Below, piece after piece: positions 26,699-35,970 of a stretch of 64,000 bases of DNA. The notes beneath the pieces were generated by a model, which was not told the origin of the DNA, did not search any database, and worked only from the letters and a program-made list of their open reading frames with translations. Every line of letters starts with the position of its first letter. Position 1 is the first letter of the stretch. Source of the stretch: a virus (lineage: Duplodnaviria > Caudoviricetes); the IMG/VR virus record IMGVR_UViG_3300025892_000008. One strand, 5' to 3'. The translations under genes were made by a program, and so were the position numbers.

Positions 26699-29600
26699 TT
26701 ATATCTCCCCTGTGTTCTTGACACGCAACGGAATGTATATAAACTCAATAGCCTTGACTGGTTCAATCGCAATATCAACATATAGTTCGTTGCGGTCGAC
26801 TCTAGCCGGAGTATTGTTTGTTTCATCACATACTACTGCGAAATCGTAAATTGCTCTAAGACCAACTAGTTCAAGAAGTAGACTTTCAACTGCCTGTTTT
26901 ACTTCATCTCTAGTAATCTTGTCATTTGGTTCAAAGATATACGGACGAGCCAATTTGTTAAGTTGACTACGCATGTATACAACTAAACGTGCTACGTTTA
27001 TTCTATCTAGTGCAGAAGCGTTTCTTGCTCTAGTTTTTTGTCCGTAGTTTACTAACCCTACACCATTAAAGAATGTAATTGGATTAACTTTTAGATCATA
27101 CAATGTATCTCTTTGTCCTTCGTTAAGTGCAACTGTTTGGAACTCGCCTGTTGCTGCATCAATAAATCCTACTGCTGTAGCATTTGAAATGCCGCCTCGT
27201 CTTGTTCCTGCAGGTGCAAACCATGGAAACGATACTTGATCACTTAGTGCAATAGTTCTCATCATCATGTGTGATGCTGGAACAACTGCGTTTGAACCAC
27301 CTAAGTCTGTTGTAAATCCATTTGGATAAAACGCACCTAAGTATTCATCGTATGTTACTAAGCCGTCATCGCCATTGTCTGTTACTAAGGAAGCATTTGT
27401 TCCCCAGTTAGTCAATGTAGTTGCATCTGCTGCTAATCTAAGTGGTGTATCACCAATAACAAACGCTGTTAAGCCTCTGTCAATGTTTAGATTAACTAGG
27501 TTGCTCATTAGCTCAGGATAACCAGGAGCAGCAATTATGTTAAAGTTGCGTCTCTCTTCGTCACGTACCTGGCTGCTTGTATCAACTGCACTCTTCATTC
27601 TTTGTACAACAACTTTACGTTGTGCTTTTCTACCGAATGAACCTGATCCGTCTTCGTTGTTACCTGATTCAGTAACCCAACGGTCAGTTGCATATGCACC
27701 CATCGCTTCGTCGTTATTGAAACGTTGGTTATCTGCTGTGATATCAATGTAGTTGTTAGCATAACGTTTAACGTTACCGCCACTTCTACGTAGATTCCAT
27801 AAAAGCATACCTTGTGGGTATAATGCAGGATCTGGAGCATCTGGATCTAAGAAGTCTACTTTTTGTAAATCCTTAATTGTTGCTGCTGTGTTACCAGTAG
27901 CACCAGTTGAACCATAACGTGCATCACCAAACAATACACCATCTTCAGATGTTTGATCAGTTTTATCAACTAAAACCCATCTTTCTGAAACTGGTCCTGA
28001 TTGGTTACCGTCATACTTGTAAATTGTTGGATAGTTTTCAATATCTGCTGTTGAAATCCAAAGGTCGCCTGTAACAGTTGTTCCTGCTACATACGGATTA
28101 GAAGCACTTACAGTTGGAACATAACCAACTCTATCGCTTGCTGCTTCAGTGTATGGACTTGTTGCACTTCTGTAACCTACCCAAGTAGTACCATCGTGTA
28201 TCATCATGTCTACATCTGAAAACTCTGGGTTGTACCAAAGTTGTCCGTCTGCTGGCTCTGCTTCTGGATTGTCTGAACTAGCATAAAAATCACTTGATGA
28301 AAGTGGCTGCCAGTTTGAAGCAAGATATCTATTTTCAGCAGTTGAATCATCAGCACCTGGTGCTAATTGACTTGAACCTGCTGTTAATGATGCGTCTGAC
28401 AAGTTGTAGAAGTTAGCAGTACCTGCTGCTGTATCAATGTTATATGGTGTAAACAATGCACCAAGAGCATCTCTTCCTACATCACGAAGTCTAATTTCAC
28501 CGCCTGTTTTGTGTGAAATTGTAATTTCGTTATTTGCTGTAACAGCCGCTTCAACATTTGTAAAGCCTGCTGCGTTAATAGCCGCTGCCATTGTGTTAGC
28601 ATCTGAACTTGAACCTGAACTTGAAAATGTAACATTTATTGCTGCATTTAATGCTTCTTGTCCTTGAATTGATTCTTGGATTTCAAATGTGTAATCATCT
28701 GCTATCAATTGTGTTGCAACAACTGCTGATGTAACTGTTGTTACTCCAGTGTTAGCTCTACGCCATGTACGGAACACTGCTGTTGCTGGAGATGAATCAT
28801 ACATGCTATGCTCAAATGCATTAGTTTGTACAAACAAACTGTCTGCTGCTAAATTAATGCCTGCTCCGCTTCTGTCTAATGAATAAATTGCTGAATGTCC
28901 GCTTGCATATAATGGAGCATCATATGATACCCAAGTTGCAGTTGCTGAATTCCACTTTGCTGCTCTCCATCTTGAACCGTTGTTTGGTTCTGTAGTTTTG
29001 ATCCAAACTGATCCTGTTGGTCTAGCGCCTGCATCTGTTCCAGGAGTACCTTTCCACTGTGGCACAAGTGTGTGTGGCGCCTGGTAAAGTTCTGGACCTT
29101 TGTATGTTACTGGTGAAATTTCTAATTCAGTTAAGTCAGCATTGTTTGCTCCAATAACAACTGTGTTTGCATTTGTATTAGAAGTTCCATCAGTGTAAAT
29201 GTAAATTCTATCACTTACATTCTTTGCTGTAGTACCTGCAATACTTAGACCGTTAATTGTTGCTACAATATCATCTACTGAATCACTGCCGCCTATTGCA
29301 ACTGTTGTACTATTAATAGTAAAGTTACCTGCTGCTGCTGTAATTTTAGATCCTGTTAATTGTGCTGTAATTACTGTTGGAATACTTGCTCTCCACTCCT
29401 GAGAACCTACTAGTACCCAATTACCTGCTGCAACACCTGCTTGTGTGTTACCTGGTGATTTGTAATACATTCTTGCTGGGTCTTTAGAAAAACTAAATGA
29501 CCCTGTTGCTGCTGTTCCTACAGTTTCAAATACAACTGCATAGTCACCAATTGATCCTACTGATCCTAGTGGAGCGTTATTTGAAATCTTCGCTGCATCT

Positions 29601-30118
29601 GCATCAGTTAAAACAATAGGAGTCTTAGCAGCAAATTTTTGTCCGCCTGTAGTGCTTAATGCTGCACTATTCCATTGTTGGATACCCCATGCTGTAGATC
29701 CAGTGTTAATCCACCAAGTTCCATCAGGTGGGTTCGCTCCCGGAGCCTCTGCTGTTCCTGTTAGTTGCCCTAAATCAACATTTGCTCTCGTTACGAACGC
29801 TGCGTTAGATACACCTAGTAAACTGTATGCTGCCAATAGGCCATATTCATTAAGTTCGCTACCATGAATAGGTGTATTGCTCGCTGTCTTTTCGAAGTTA
29901 GGAACTCCAAAAAGATCTACTAATTCTTTTTGACTTGTCACTTTAAATGCATTCCCTGCATTCGCCGCCGAAGTTGCTGAAGCAACGCCAGTGCCTGCGG
30001 CATTAGTTTTGTCTTGGGCCGTTGCTACTATAATAAGTGGAGTTGTTCCGGGTTCAGCCGGAGTATAAAAACTCTCATCTATTACACTAACTTCTACGCC
30101 GGGTGATGTAAGTGCCAT
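26699..30118 (-). CDS. Contractile tail sheath protein (gp18-like) with large insertions
   Basis: MALTSPGVEVSVIDES, ELNEYGLLAAY, WFAPAG..RG, NPIT, GQKT, ALDRINVARL, IEPVKAIEFIYIP. Confidence 0.92.
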   Translation of the reverse strand: MALTSPGVEVSVIDESFYTPAEPGTTPLIIVATAQDKTNAAGTGVASATSAANAGNAFKVTSQKELVDLFGVPNFEKTASNTPIHGSELNEYGLLAAYSLLGVSNAAFVTRANVDLGQLTGTAEAPGANPPDGTWWINTGSTAWGIQQWNSAALSTTGGQKFAAKTPIVLTDADAAKISNNAPLGSVGSIGDYAVVFETVGTAATGSFSFSKDPARMYYKSPGNTQAGVAAGNWVLVGSQEWRASIPTVITAQLTGSKITAAAGNFTINSTTVAIGGSDSVDDIVATINGLSIAGTTAKNVSDRIYIYTDGTSNTNANTVVIGANNADLTELEISPVTYKGPELYQAPHTLVPQWKGTPGTDAGARPTGSVWIKTTEPNNGSRWRAAKWNSATATWVSYDAPLYASGHSAIYSLDRSGAGINLAADSLFVQTNAFEHSMYDSSPATAVFRTWRRANTGVTTVTSAVVATQLIADDYTFEIQESIQGQEALNAAINVTFSSSGSSSDANTMAAAINAAGFTNVEAAVTANNEITISHKTGGEIRLRDVGRDALGALFTPYNIDTAAGTANFYNLSDASLTAGSSQLAPGADDSTAENRYLASNWQPLSSSDFYASSDNPEAEPADGQLWYNPEFSDVDMMIHDGTTWVGYRSATSPYTEAASDRVGYVPTVSASNPYVAGTTVTGDLWISTADIENYPTIYKYDGNQSGPVSERWVLVDKTDQTSEDGVLFGDARYGSTGATGNTAATIKDLQKVDFLDPDAPDPALYPQGMLLWNLRRSGGNVKRYANNYIDITADNQRFNNDEAMGAYATDRWVTESGNNEDGSGSFGRKAQRKVVVQRMKSAVDTSSQVRDEERRNFNIIAAPGYPELMSNLVNLNIDRGLTAFVIGDTPLRLAADATTLTNWGTNASLVTDNGDDGLVTYDEYLGAFYPNGFTTDLGGSNAVVPASHMMMRTIALSDQVSFPWFAPAGTRRGGISNATAVGFIDAATGEFQTVALNEGQRDTLYDLKVNPITFFNGVGLVNYGQKTRARNASALDRINVARLVVYMRSQLNKLARPYIFEPNDKITRDEVKQAVESLLLELVGLRAIYDFAVVCDETNNTPARVDRNELYVDIAIEPVKAIEFIYIPLRVKNTGEI

Positions 30119-30246
30119 TTACTTTTCTCCTGGTAATAATTCAATTCATTACGTAATGTATTGTTATATTGTATTTAGCGGAATGATTAAAAAATGGTGC
30201 GTTAAGGCGCTTTAGACAAAGGGATAGAAAAGGTGTAAATACATGT

Positions 30247-30582
30247 ATGAGACCTTTATGCAAGTGCGGTTTAAGACCCAAAGCAGTAAACTATAAGAAA
30301 TACGGTAAAACGTATTATAGAAGTCTATGTGAAGCATGTTCTAAACATGGATTATATCATGGTATACCTAGATGGTATAGAGCAGGTTACAGAATCAAGA
30401 AACAGTGTGATAAATGCGGCCACAAATCGCCGCACAAAGAAGTATTTAGAGTATATCATGTTGATGAGAATCTAGATAACTGTAAACACAGCAATTTAAA
30501 AAGTGTATGTGCTAATTGCCGTACTGTACTATCTAAAGAAGGTGTTAAATGGAAACAGGGCGATTTAGTTGCTGATTATTGA
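30247..30582 (+). CDS. Zinc-binding HNH-like protein
   Basis: CKC, CEAC, CDKC; VYHVDENLDN...NLKSVCANC. Confidence 0.6.
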   Translation: MRPLCKCGLRPKAVNYKKYGKTYYRSLCEACSKHGLYHGIPRWYRAGYRIKKQCDKCGHKSPHKEVFRVYHVDENLDNCKHSNLKSVCANCRTVLSKEGVKWKQGDLVADY

Positions 30583-31182
30583 TTTTATATCTGTATACAA
30601 GTCATCAATACTATTATCATTAGCAATTATATGATCAAACTTTGTTCCTACCCATGCCCATTCAGACGAGTGTATTTTACGAATCTTCATTTCATTTATA
30701 TTTAAGTTTGAACCGTTGACTGCTTTTACAGCATGCTCATACCATTCAGGTAAATCACCGCGTGTTACCCAAAGTATTTCACCACCTAAATTCTTAATTG
30801 CTTTGATTTCGTTAGGAAAACGTACATCACTAATAACAATATTATCTTTGCTTTGACGTAATTTGTTTTCAATACTAGCAATCCATATATCATCATGAAA
30901 AGTTTTACGACATACTTCAGTACCCCAATATTGTAATACCCAACGAGGAGTAAGTGTAGGCATATCTAATCTTTCAGCCCACCATTTATCTACCTGCTCA
31001 CGCCATTCTCGAGACTCTTTTGTTCTTCCTTCAAGCATGATTCTATCCCAGCCAAATACTGCTGCTACTGAATCTTTTAGTGAATCTGCGAAACTTTCTC
31101 TACGGTACTCATGGAAATTAACCAGATAGTCTGCTACTGTATCTTTACCACAACCGATAAACCCGCAAACGCCTATAATCAT
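30565..31182 (-). CDS. Deoxynucleoside monophosphate kinase (T4 gp1-like)
   Basis: GFIGCGKDT P-loop, SFADSLKD, TPRWVLQYWGTE, ISDVRFPNE, HSSE. Confidence 0.9.
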   Translation of the reverse strand: MIIGVCGFIGCGKDTVADYLVNFHEYRRESFADSLKDSVAAVFGWDRIMLEGRTKESREWREQVDKWWAERLDMPTLTPRWVLQYWGTEVCRKTFHDDIWIASIENKLRQSKDNIVISDVRFPNEIKAIKNLGGEILWVTRGDLPEWYEHAVKAVNGSNLNINEMKIRKIHSSEWAWVGTKFDHIIANDNSIDDLYTDIKSIISN

Positions 31183-31205
31183 ATAACTCTCTCCTTTAAA
31201 GTTAT

Positions 31206-31233
31206 ATTATAGCATCTATTGCGTGTATGTCAA
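31206..31233 (-). promoter_or_regulatory. Sigma70 promoter TTGACA-16-TATAAT with extended TGn -10, upstream of the dNMP kinase
   Basis: TTGACA at 31233-31228, TGCTATAAT ending at 31206. Confidence 0.75.
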
Positions 31234-31237
31234 GTGT

Positions 31238-31579
31238 TTAATAAAAAGGTTTTGGTTGTCCTGGCTTACCTGTGTTAAGTTTTCTTGCCAAAACACTTGC
31301 TGTGTTAATTGATTTACTTCTCTTCTGTCTACGTGCTTGTGTTGGTGAAGTTCTAGCACGAGTAGTTTTCATTTTTTGTGCTCTAGCAACATTGTACTGT
31401 TGTACACATTTAGAAGGATGACTAACTTGTCTGCCTTTTCTTGGACCTACTGAGCATCTAAAACGCAGTTTAGTTTTGCCGCCTTTAGCAGTAGGAGCAG
31501 CTCTACCCCACACCATTTTAGCAACCTCATTAAAGATTTCCTGATGCTCTTCTTCTGTTACTAATTCGTGTATTTTCAT
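31238..31579 (-). CDS. Basic hypothetical protein (113 aa)
   Basis: Start MKIHELVTE coupled by TAATG to the neck gene; Arg/Lys-rich body. Confidence 0.7.
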   Translation of the reverse strand: MKIHELVTEEEHQEIFNEVAKMVWGRAAPTAKGGKTKLRFRCSVGPRKGRQVSHPSKCVQQYNVARAQKMKTTRARTSPTQARRQKRSKSINTASVLARKLNTGKPGQPKPFY

Positions 31580-32337
31580 TAACCTATAATCCAACTGTAG
31601 CCGTGTCCGCCTGCAACTTGTGTTCCAAGTTCCATGGTCAGTCTTTCAATATCATTAAAGCCTTCTGCTTTAATACTTGCACCGTTAAGTGCTGTACCAC
31701 CTTGTGGACCTGCAATACTTGCAAATTTTTCTCTTGCTTGTCCTACTATTACTTTACAGTTTGCAAGAGTATAATCTTTAACCCATTGTCCTGAATAAAC
31801 ATCTTCGAGTATTACATGATCAGGCTTATCATTGTATGCCCATAATAAAACTTCTTCAGTTCCTCTTGGACGTTGCATAATAATTAGTTTTTTGCTCTGT
31901 GGATTCCAAGTAAAGTTGATAAATGATCCAAACATTTTTCCAACTAGTTCTTGATATTGAGCAAATAATTCGTATGTTGCTAGTCCGCCCATATTGGTTG
32001 AACTTAACAAATATGTATTTGTGTATGCTAAGTTGAACGGTTCAAATACTGTACCACCTGTTCCACTACCTGTACGTGATCCTACACTTCTACGATAAAT
32101 TTGCCTAACTTGTTGTATTTCTTTAGGCAATATATATTCGTTTTGATTCTCTTCTAAACTTAAAGTTATGTAACTTTCTTCCACAGAATTATCGCTACGC
32201 TGTCTAAAAACGCCTAGTGATCTCTGTAATGCTGTTTCATAATGGCCAGGATCAAGCTCGACATCAATCATACCATCGCCTAGCATTAGTCTTACATAAT
32301 CAAATACTTCTTGTTTTGCTTTATCTATTTGGCTCAT
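31579..32337 (-). CDS. Neck protein (T4 gp13-like)
   Basis: YVRLMLG..MIDVEL, W.KDYTLA..K...GQAREKF, PQGG..LNG; start moved to MSQIDK. Confidence 0.8.
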   Translation of the reverse strand: MSQIDKAKQEVFDYVRLMLGDGMIDVELDPGHYETALQRSLGVFRQRSDNSVEESYITLSLEENQNEYILPKEIQQVRQIYRRSVGSRTGSGTGGTVFEPFNLAYTNTYLLSSTNMGGLATYELFAQYQELVGKMFGSFINFTWNPQSKKLIIMQRPRGTEEVLLWAYNDKPDHVILEDVYSGQWVKDYTLANCKVIVGQAREKFASIAGPQGGTALNGASIKAEGFNDIERLTMELGTQVAGGHGYSWIIG

Positions 32338-32381
32338 GTAAGTATTTATGCCTTGTGACGGATTAGGTAAATACATATACT

Positions 32382-33710
32382 ATGCCAAGACTGAGTTTAT
32401 ACCGTCCCGAGAAGGGAAACGATTACAAGTTTATTGATAAAACTGCCTGGGAAATGTTTCAGGTAGGTGGTACCGATGTGCTTATGCACAAGTATTTAGG
32501 TACCGAAGCATCAAGCAAAGAAGCAACTCCAAGCGAGCCTAAATACGATACTCTAAGTCCTACTAATATACAGGATATGCTATTCCTTGAAAATAGAGAT
32601 AGAAAATATGATTCTGATGTTTTTGTTATGCGTGGAGTATACAATGTACAAGACATTGATTTTAATCTAAGCCAATTTGGTTTGTTCTTACAGAACGATA
32701 CGGTTTTTATTACATTCCATATTTCAGATACTGTTGAGAAACTTGGTAGAAAAATTATTCCTGGTGATGTAATAGAATTACCTCACTTAAAAGATGAGTA
32801 TGCTCTTAATGATTTAAATTATGCACTGAAAAGATTTTATGTTGTAGAAGATGTAAACAGAGCGGCAGAAGGATTTTCTGTAACATGGTATCCTCATTTA
32901 TACAGAGCAAAGTGTAAACCACTAGTAGACTCACAAGAGTTCAAAGGTATACTGGATCAAATTGCAGATTCAGAAAACTTCAAAGGAACCTGGAATCCAG
33001 ATTCAACATATTATCCTGGAGATACAGTAACAGCACCTAATGGTCAACAGTATACAGTAACACAAGAAGTTACAGGTACTGCTCCACCTGATACAACATA
33101 TTATAAACTTGCAGATACACTCAAAGATATTATGTCTACGTATGAGAAAGAAATGCAAATTACCAAGGCTGTTGAAGATCAGGCAAATGCAGATACTCCG
33201 CAAAGCGGTTATGACACTACAAAATTATACACACTACAGCAAGACGAAACTGGTAAAACAGAACTTGTTACTGCTGATGGTACAATAGATGATGCAGACA
33301 TTGATACTGTAACTGCTGATACTGTATTCCAATCAGCAGAAGCAAACGGATACAAAGGTTACTTAATAGGAGATGGTATTCCACCTAACGGAGCACCATT
33401 TACTCAAGGTATTGCATTTCCGATGGGACCTGCAGAAGGACAATTCCATCTTAGAACGGATTATAAACCAACCAGACTGTTTAGATTTGCTAAAGGTAGA
33501 TGGAGCAAAGTTGAGGATGATGTGAGAACAAATATTACAAACTTAGGACCAAGTGATACAGCAGCAGGTAAAGATTTTGCTGGTGACGAAAAACGAGAAA
33601 CACAAAAAACTTCATTTATTAATAATACAAACCAACAAGTTATTGATGGTCAAACAGTAAAAGAAAGACAAAGTCTTTCTAAAGCACTAAAACCAAAGGC
33701 GGATGAATAA
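32382..33710 (+). CDS. Neck/head-closure protein (T4 gp14-like) with accessory insert
   Basis: QFGLFL.ND..FITFH, IIPGDVIELPHL, FYVVEDV, W.PHL.R; divergent from gp13. Confidence 0.7.
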   Translation: MPRLSLYRPEKGNDYKFIDKTAWEMFQVGGTDVLMHKYLGTEASSKEATPSEPKYDTLSPTNIQDMLFLENRDRKYDSDVFVMRGVYNVQDIDFNLSQFGLFLQNDTVFITFHISDTVEKLGRKIIPGDVIELPHLKDEYALNDLNYALKRFYVVEDVNRAAEGFSVTWYPHLYRAKCKPLVDSQEFKGILDQIADSENFKGTWNPDSTYYPGDTVTAPNGQQYTVTQEVTGTAPPDTTYYKLADTLKDIMSTYEKEMQITKAVEDQANADTPQSGYDTTKLYTLQQDETGKTELVTADGTIDDADIDTVTADTVFQSAEANGYKGYLIGDGIPPNGAPFTQGIAFPMGPAEGQFHLRTDYKPTRLFRFAKGRWSKVEDDVRTNITNLGPSDTAAGKDFAGDEKRETQKTSFINNTNQQVIDGQTVKERQSLSKALKPKADE

Positions 33711-33889
33711 TGCGTATAGATGAAATATTAGGGTTTGCATCAAAAACTCCAAAGAGAACTACAATTAAGAAAAAAGTACGCAGAGATGATGACGAGCCTC
33801 TTGCAATTAAGTTACAGCAACGAAGAGCTGCTGCTGCAAAAGGTGATAAAAATGCATACACACATAATTTTAAGAAGGCAAGTAACTAA
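33710..33889 (+). CDS. Small basic protein (59 aa), not in the ORF track
   Basis: MRIDEILGFASKTPKRTTIKKKVRRDDDEPLAIKLQQRRAAAAKGDKNAYTHNFKKASN*; TAATG-coupled at both ends and fills the gap exactly. Confidence 0.75.
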   Translation: MRIDEILGFASKTPKRTTIKKKVRRDDDEPLAIKLQQRRAAAAKGDKNAYTHNFKKASN

Positions 33890-35319
33890 TGGATTTTTTC
33901 TACGACGGACAGATTAGAAGATATGTAACACAGTTTATGCGTATCTTTATCGGCTTTAAATATGAAGCAGGTAACGGCGATCAGCAATCTGTTCCTGTAA
34001 TGTACGGCGATTTGACACGCCAGGTAGCAAACATTATTAGAGAAAACTCTGAAAACAAATTGCCAACAGTACCTAGAATGGCAGCATATATTACTGGAAT
34101 GGACATTGATACAAGTAGATTAACTGATCCTACATTTGTAAGTAAAGTAAACATACGTGAAAGAAACTATAATGTAGACGAATCAGGAAATAGAGAATAT
34201 ACAGGCGCTCCAGGAAAGAATGTAACCGTAGAAAGATTGATGCCAACACCATATATGATGACATGTAAACTAGATATATGGACAAGTAATACAGATCAAA
34301 AATTACAATTGCTAGAACAAATAATGGTCTTGTTTAATCCTGCATTTGAAATACAAACTAACGACAACTACATTGACTGGACTAGTTTAAGTGTAGTAAG
34401 AATGACTGGAATGAATTTTAGTTCTAGAAGTATACCTGCTGGAACTGAGTCAGAAATTGACATTTGCTCAATAGATTTTGAAATACCAATGTATGTTTCT
34501 CCTCCTGCCAAAGTAAAAAAACTAGGTGTTGTAAGAAGCATAATAGCAAACATATTTACAGAAGAAGGTGATATACAAAACTTATCAAGTCTAGTTTACA
34601 ATCAGAAAGTTTCAAATGATGTATATGTAAATCCAAGATACCCTGTATTGTTATTCAAAGCAAATAATGGTAATCCTAATGATTATGACTTATCTATATT
34701 AGATCAGAATGCTGCAATACAAAGTTTAGGACTAGATAAAAAAGAATTTACAGATGATAAAAAACTTGACTGGAATGCTGTATTAGCAGCACTAGGAAGT
34801 TTTACAGAAGGTACTAGTACAATACATTTCCGTCAACCTAATGGTGAAGACATCACAGGAACATTTGCAATCAATCCTGTTGATAACTATATTCTCTTAG
34901 TAACAATTGATAAAGATTCTCCAGGATGGACAGAAAATACTTTACTTGTAAGTCCTCAATATCCTGACGGCAAGGGAACGTTTGATGCAATTGTAGATCC
35001 AACTACCTATAATCCTATTGCTAGATTAGGTACTATTCCAACAGGACATAGATTACTAATCTTAGAAGATGTAGCAGATAATGCTGATGGCTGGAAAAAC
35101 AACGACAGCACTAATACATCTATCAAAGCAAACAGTGTTGCTGAATGGAATGGAGCAAGTTGGGCAGTGGTATTTGATCCGGCTACTGTCGAAAATTTTA
35201 CATATCTCAGTAATATTACTACAGGAATACAGTATAAGTGGGATGGTATACAGTGGATTAAATCTTTCGAAGGCGAGTATGCACCAGGTTATTGGAGACT
35301 AGATCCTGAAGGTGCATAA
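33889..35319 (+). CDS. Tail terminator/sheath stabiliser (T4 gp15-like) with C-terminal extension
   Basis: FFYDGQIRRY, VPVMYG, VPRM, MPTPY, DQKLQLLEQI..LFNP. Confidence 0.8.
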   Translation: MDFFYDGQIRRYVTQFMRIFIGFKYEAGNGDQQSVPVMYGDLTRQVANIIRENSENKLPTVPRMAAYITGMDIDTSRLTDPTFVSKVNIRERNYNVDESGNREYTGAPGKNVTVERLMPTPYMMTCKLDIWTSNTDQKLQLLEQIMVLFNPAFEIQTNDNYIDWTSLSVVRMTGMNFSSRSIPAGTESEIDICSIDFEIPMYVSPPAKVKKLGVVRSIIANIFTEEGDIQNLSSLVYNQKVSNDVYVNPRYPVLLFKANNGNPNDYDLSILDQNAAIQSLGLDKKEFTDDKKLDWNAVLAALGSFTEGTSTIHFRQPNGEDITGTFAINPVDNYILLVTIDKDSPGWTENTLLVSPQYPDGKGTFDAIVDPTTYNPIARLGTIPTGHRLLILEDVADNADGWKNNDSTNTSIKANSVAEWNGASWAVVFDPATVENFTYLSNITTGIQYKWDGIQWIKSFEGEYAPGYWRLDPEGA

Positions 35320-35327
35320 GTAGTTTT

Positions 35328-35714
35328 ATGCAAAAGAGAGTAGGACTATTATATCTATCTAGAGATTCGCACAGAATACTTCTTATTTTAGAAAACGAAA
35401 AATGGACCGTACCAACATTTTCACTTGAAAATAGTGTAATACAAGATAGTGAAGATTTACAACAAAAATTTTCTAGAGGTAAAATAATACCTATAGAATT
35501 GTATCTTTCAAAAGACAAAGGTTTTGAGTACGGAACGTATATTTGTCTTGTAAAAGAAGAATTTATTACTGAAGAAATACCAACATTTTGTTGGGCTGAT
35601 TTAGGTTACCTGCCCAAGAATGTACACACTGGACTACGAAGTACATTAAATAATAGTCTTATACGTACAAAAATAGAAACTGTACTGGAGTTAGAAGATG
35701 CTGTCAATATATGA
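35328..35714 (+). CDS. Degenerate Nudix-fold-like protein
   Basis: GLLYL..RILLIL...W and F.Y.TY..LV.EEF..W flanking pattern, but no Nudix box. Confidence 0.4.
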   Translation: MQKRVGLLYLSRDSHRILLILENEKWTVPTFSLENSVIQDSEDLQQKFSRGKIIPIELYLSKDKGFEYGTYICLVKEEFITEEIPTFCWADLGYLPKNVHTGLRSTLNNSLIRTKIETVLELEDAVNI

Positions 35715-35970
35715 GTCTGAATCATTTCAAAATGATTATAACAATTACAAAAATAAAATTGAAAAAATTACAGATGAAAGTCTTAAAAATCAATTACAAA
35801 ATTTTCTTAATAAGTTAGTTGCACATGTAAAAGCATTTGACAAAGAGCATTCTGAAATGATATATTCTAAAAGTATCAGATTAGGAAACGATCACAAAGA
35901 CGGAATTGCTGAAGTAAGAAAAGTTATTGAGAGAAAACTTCGTGATTGGGATCAAATACAAAAAACTTAG
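35698..35970 (+). CDS. Hypothetical helical protein (90 aa)
   Basis: Overlaps the upstream gene; convergent with the fibre gene. Confidence 0.6.
   Translation: MLSIYESESFQNDYNNYKNKIEKITDESLKNQLQNFLNKLVAHVKAFDKEHSEMIYSKSIRLGNDHKDGIAEVRKVIERKLRDWDQIQKT

Noticed and set aside
30247-30582. HNH protein as a mobile homing endonuclease
   Set aside because: It is short, lacks an extra DNA-binding domain and the terminal His (CANCR), and has its own late-type promoter; it is more likely a resident gene.
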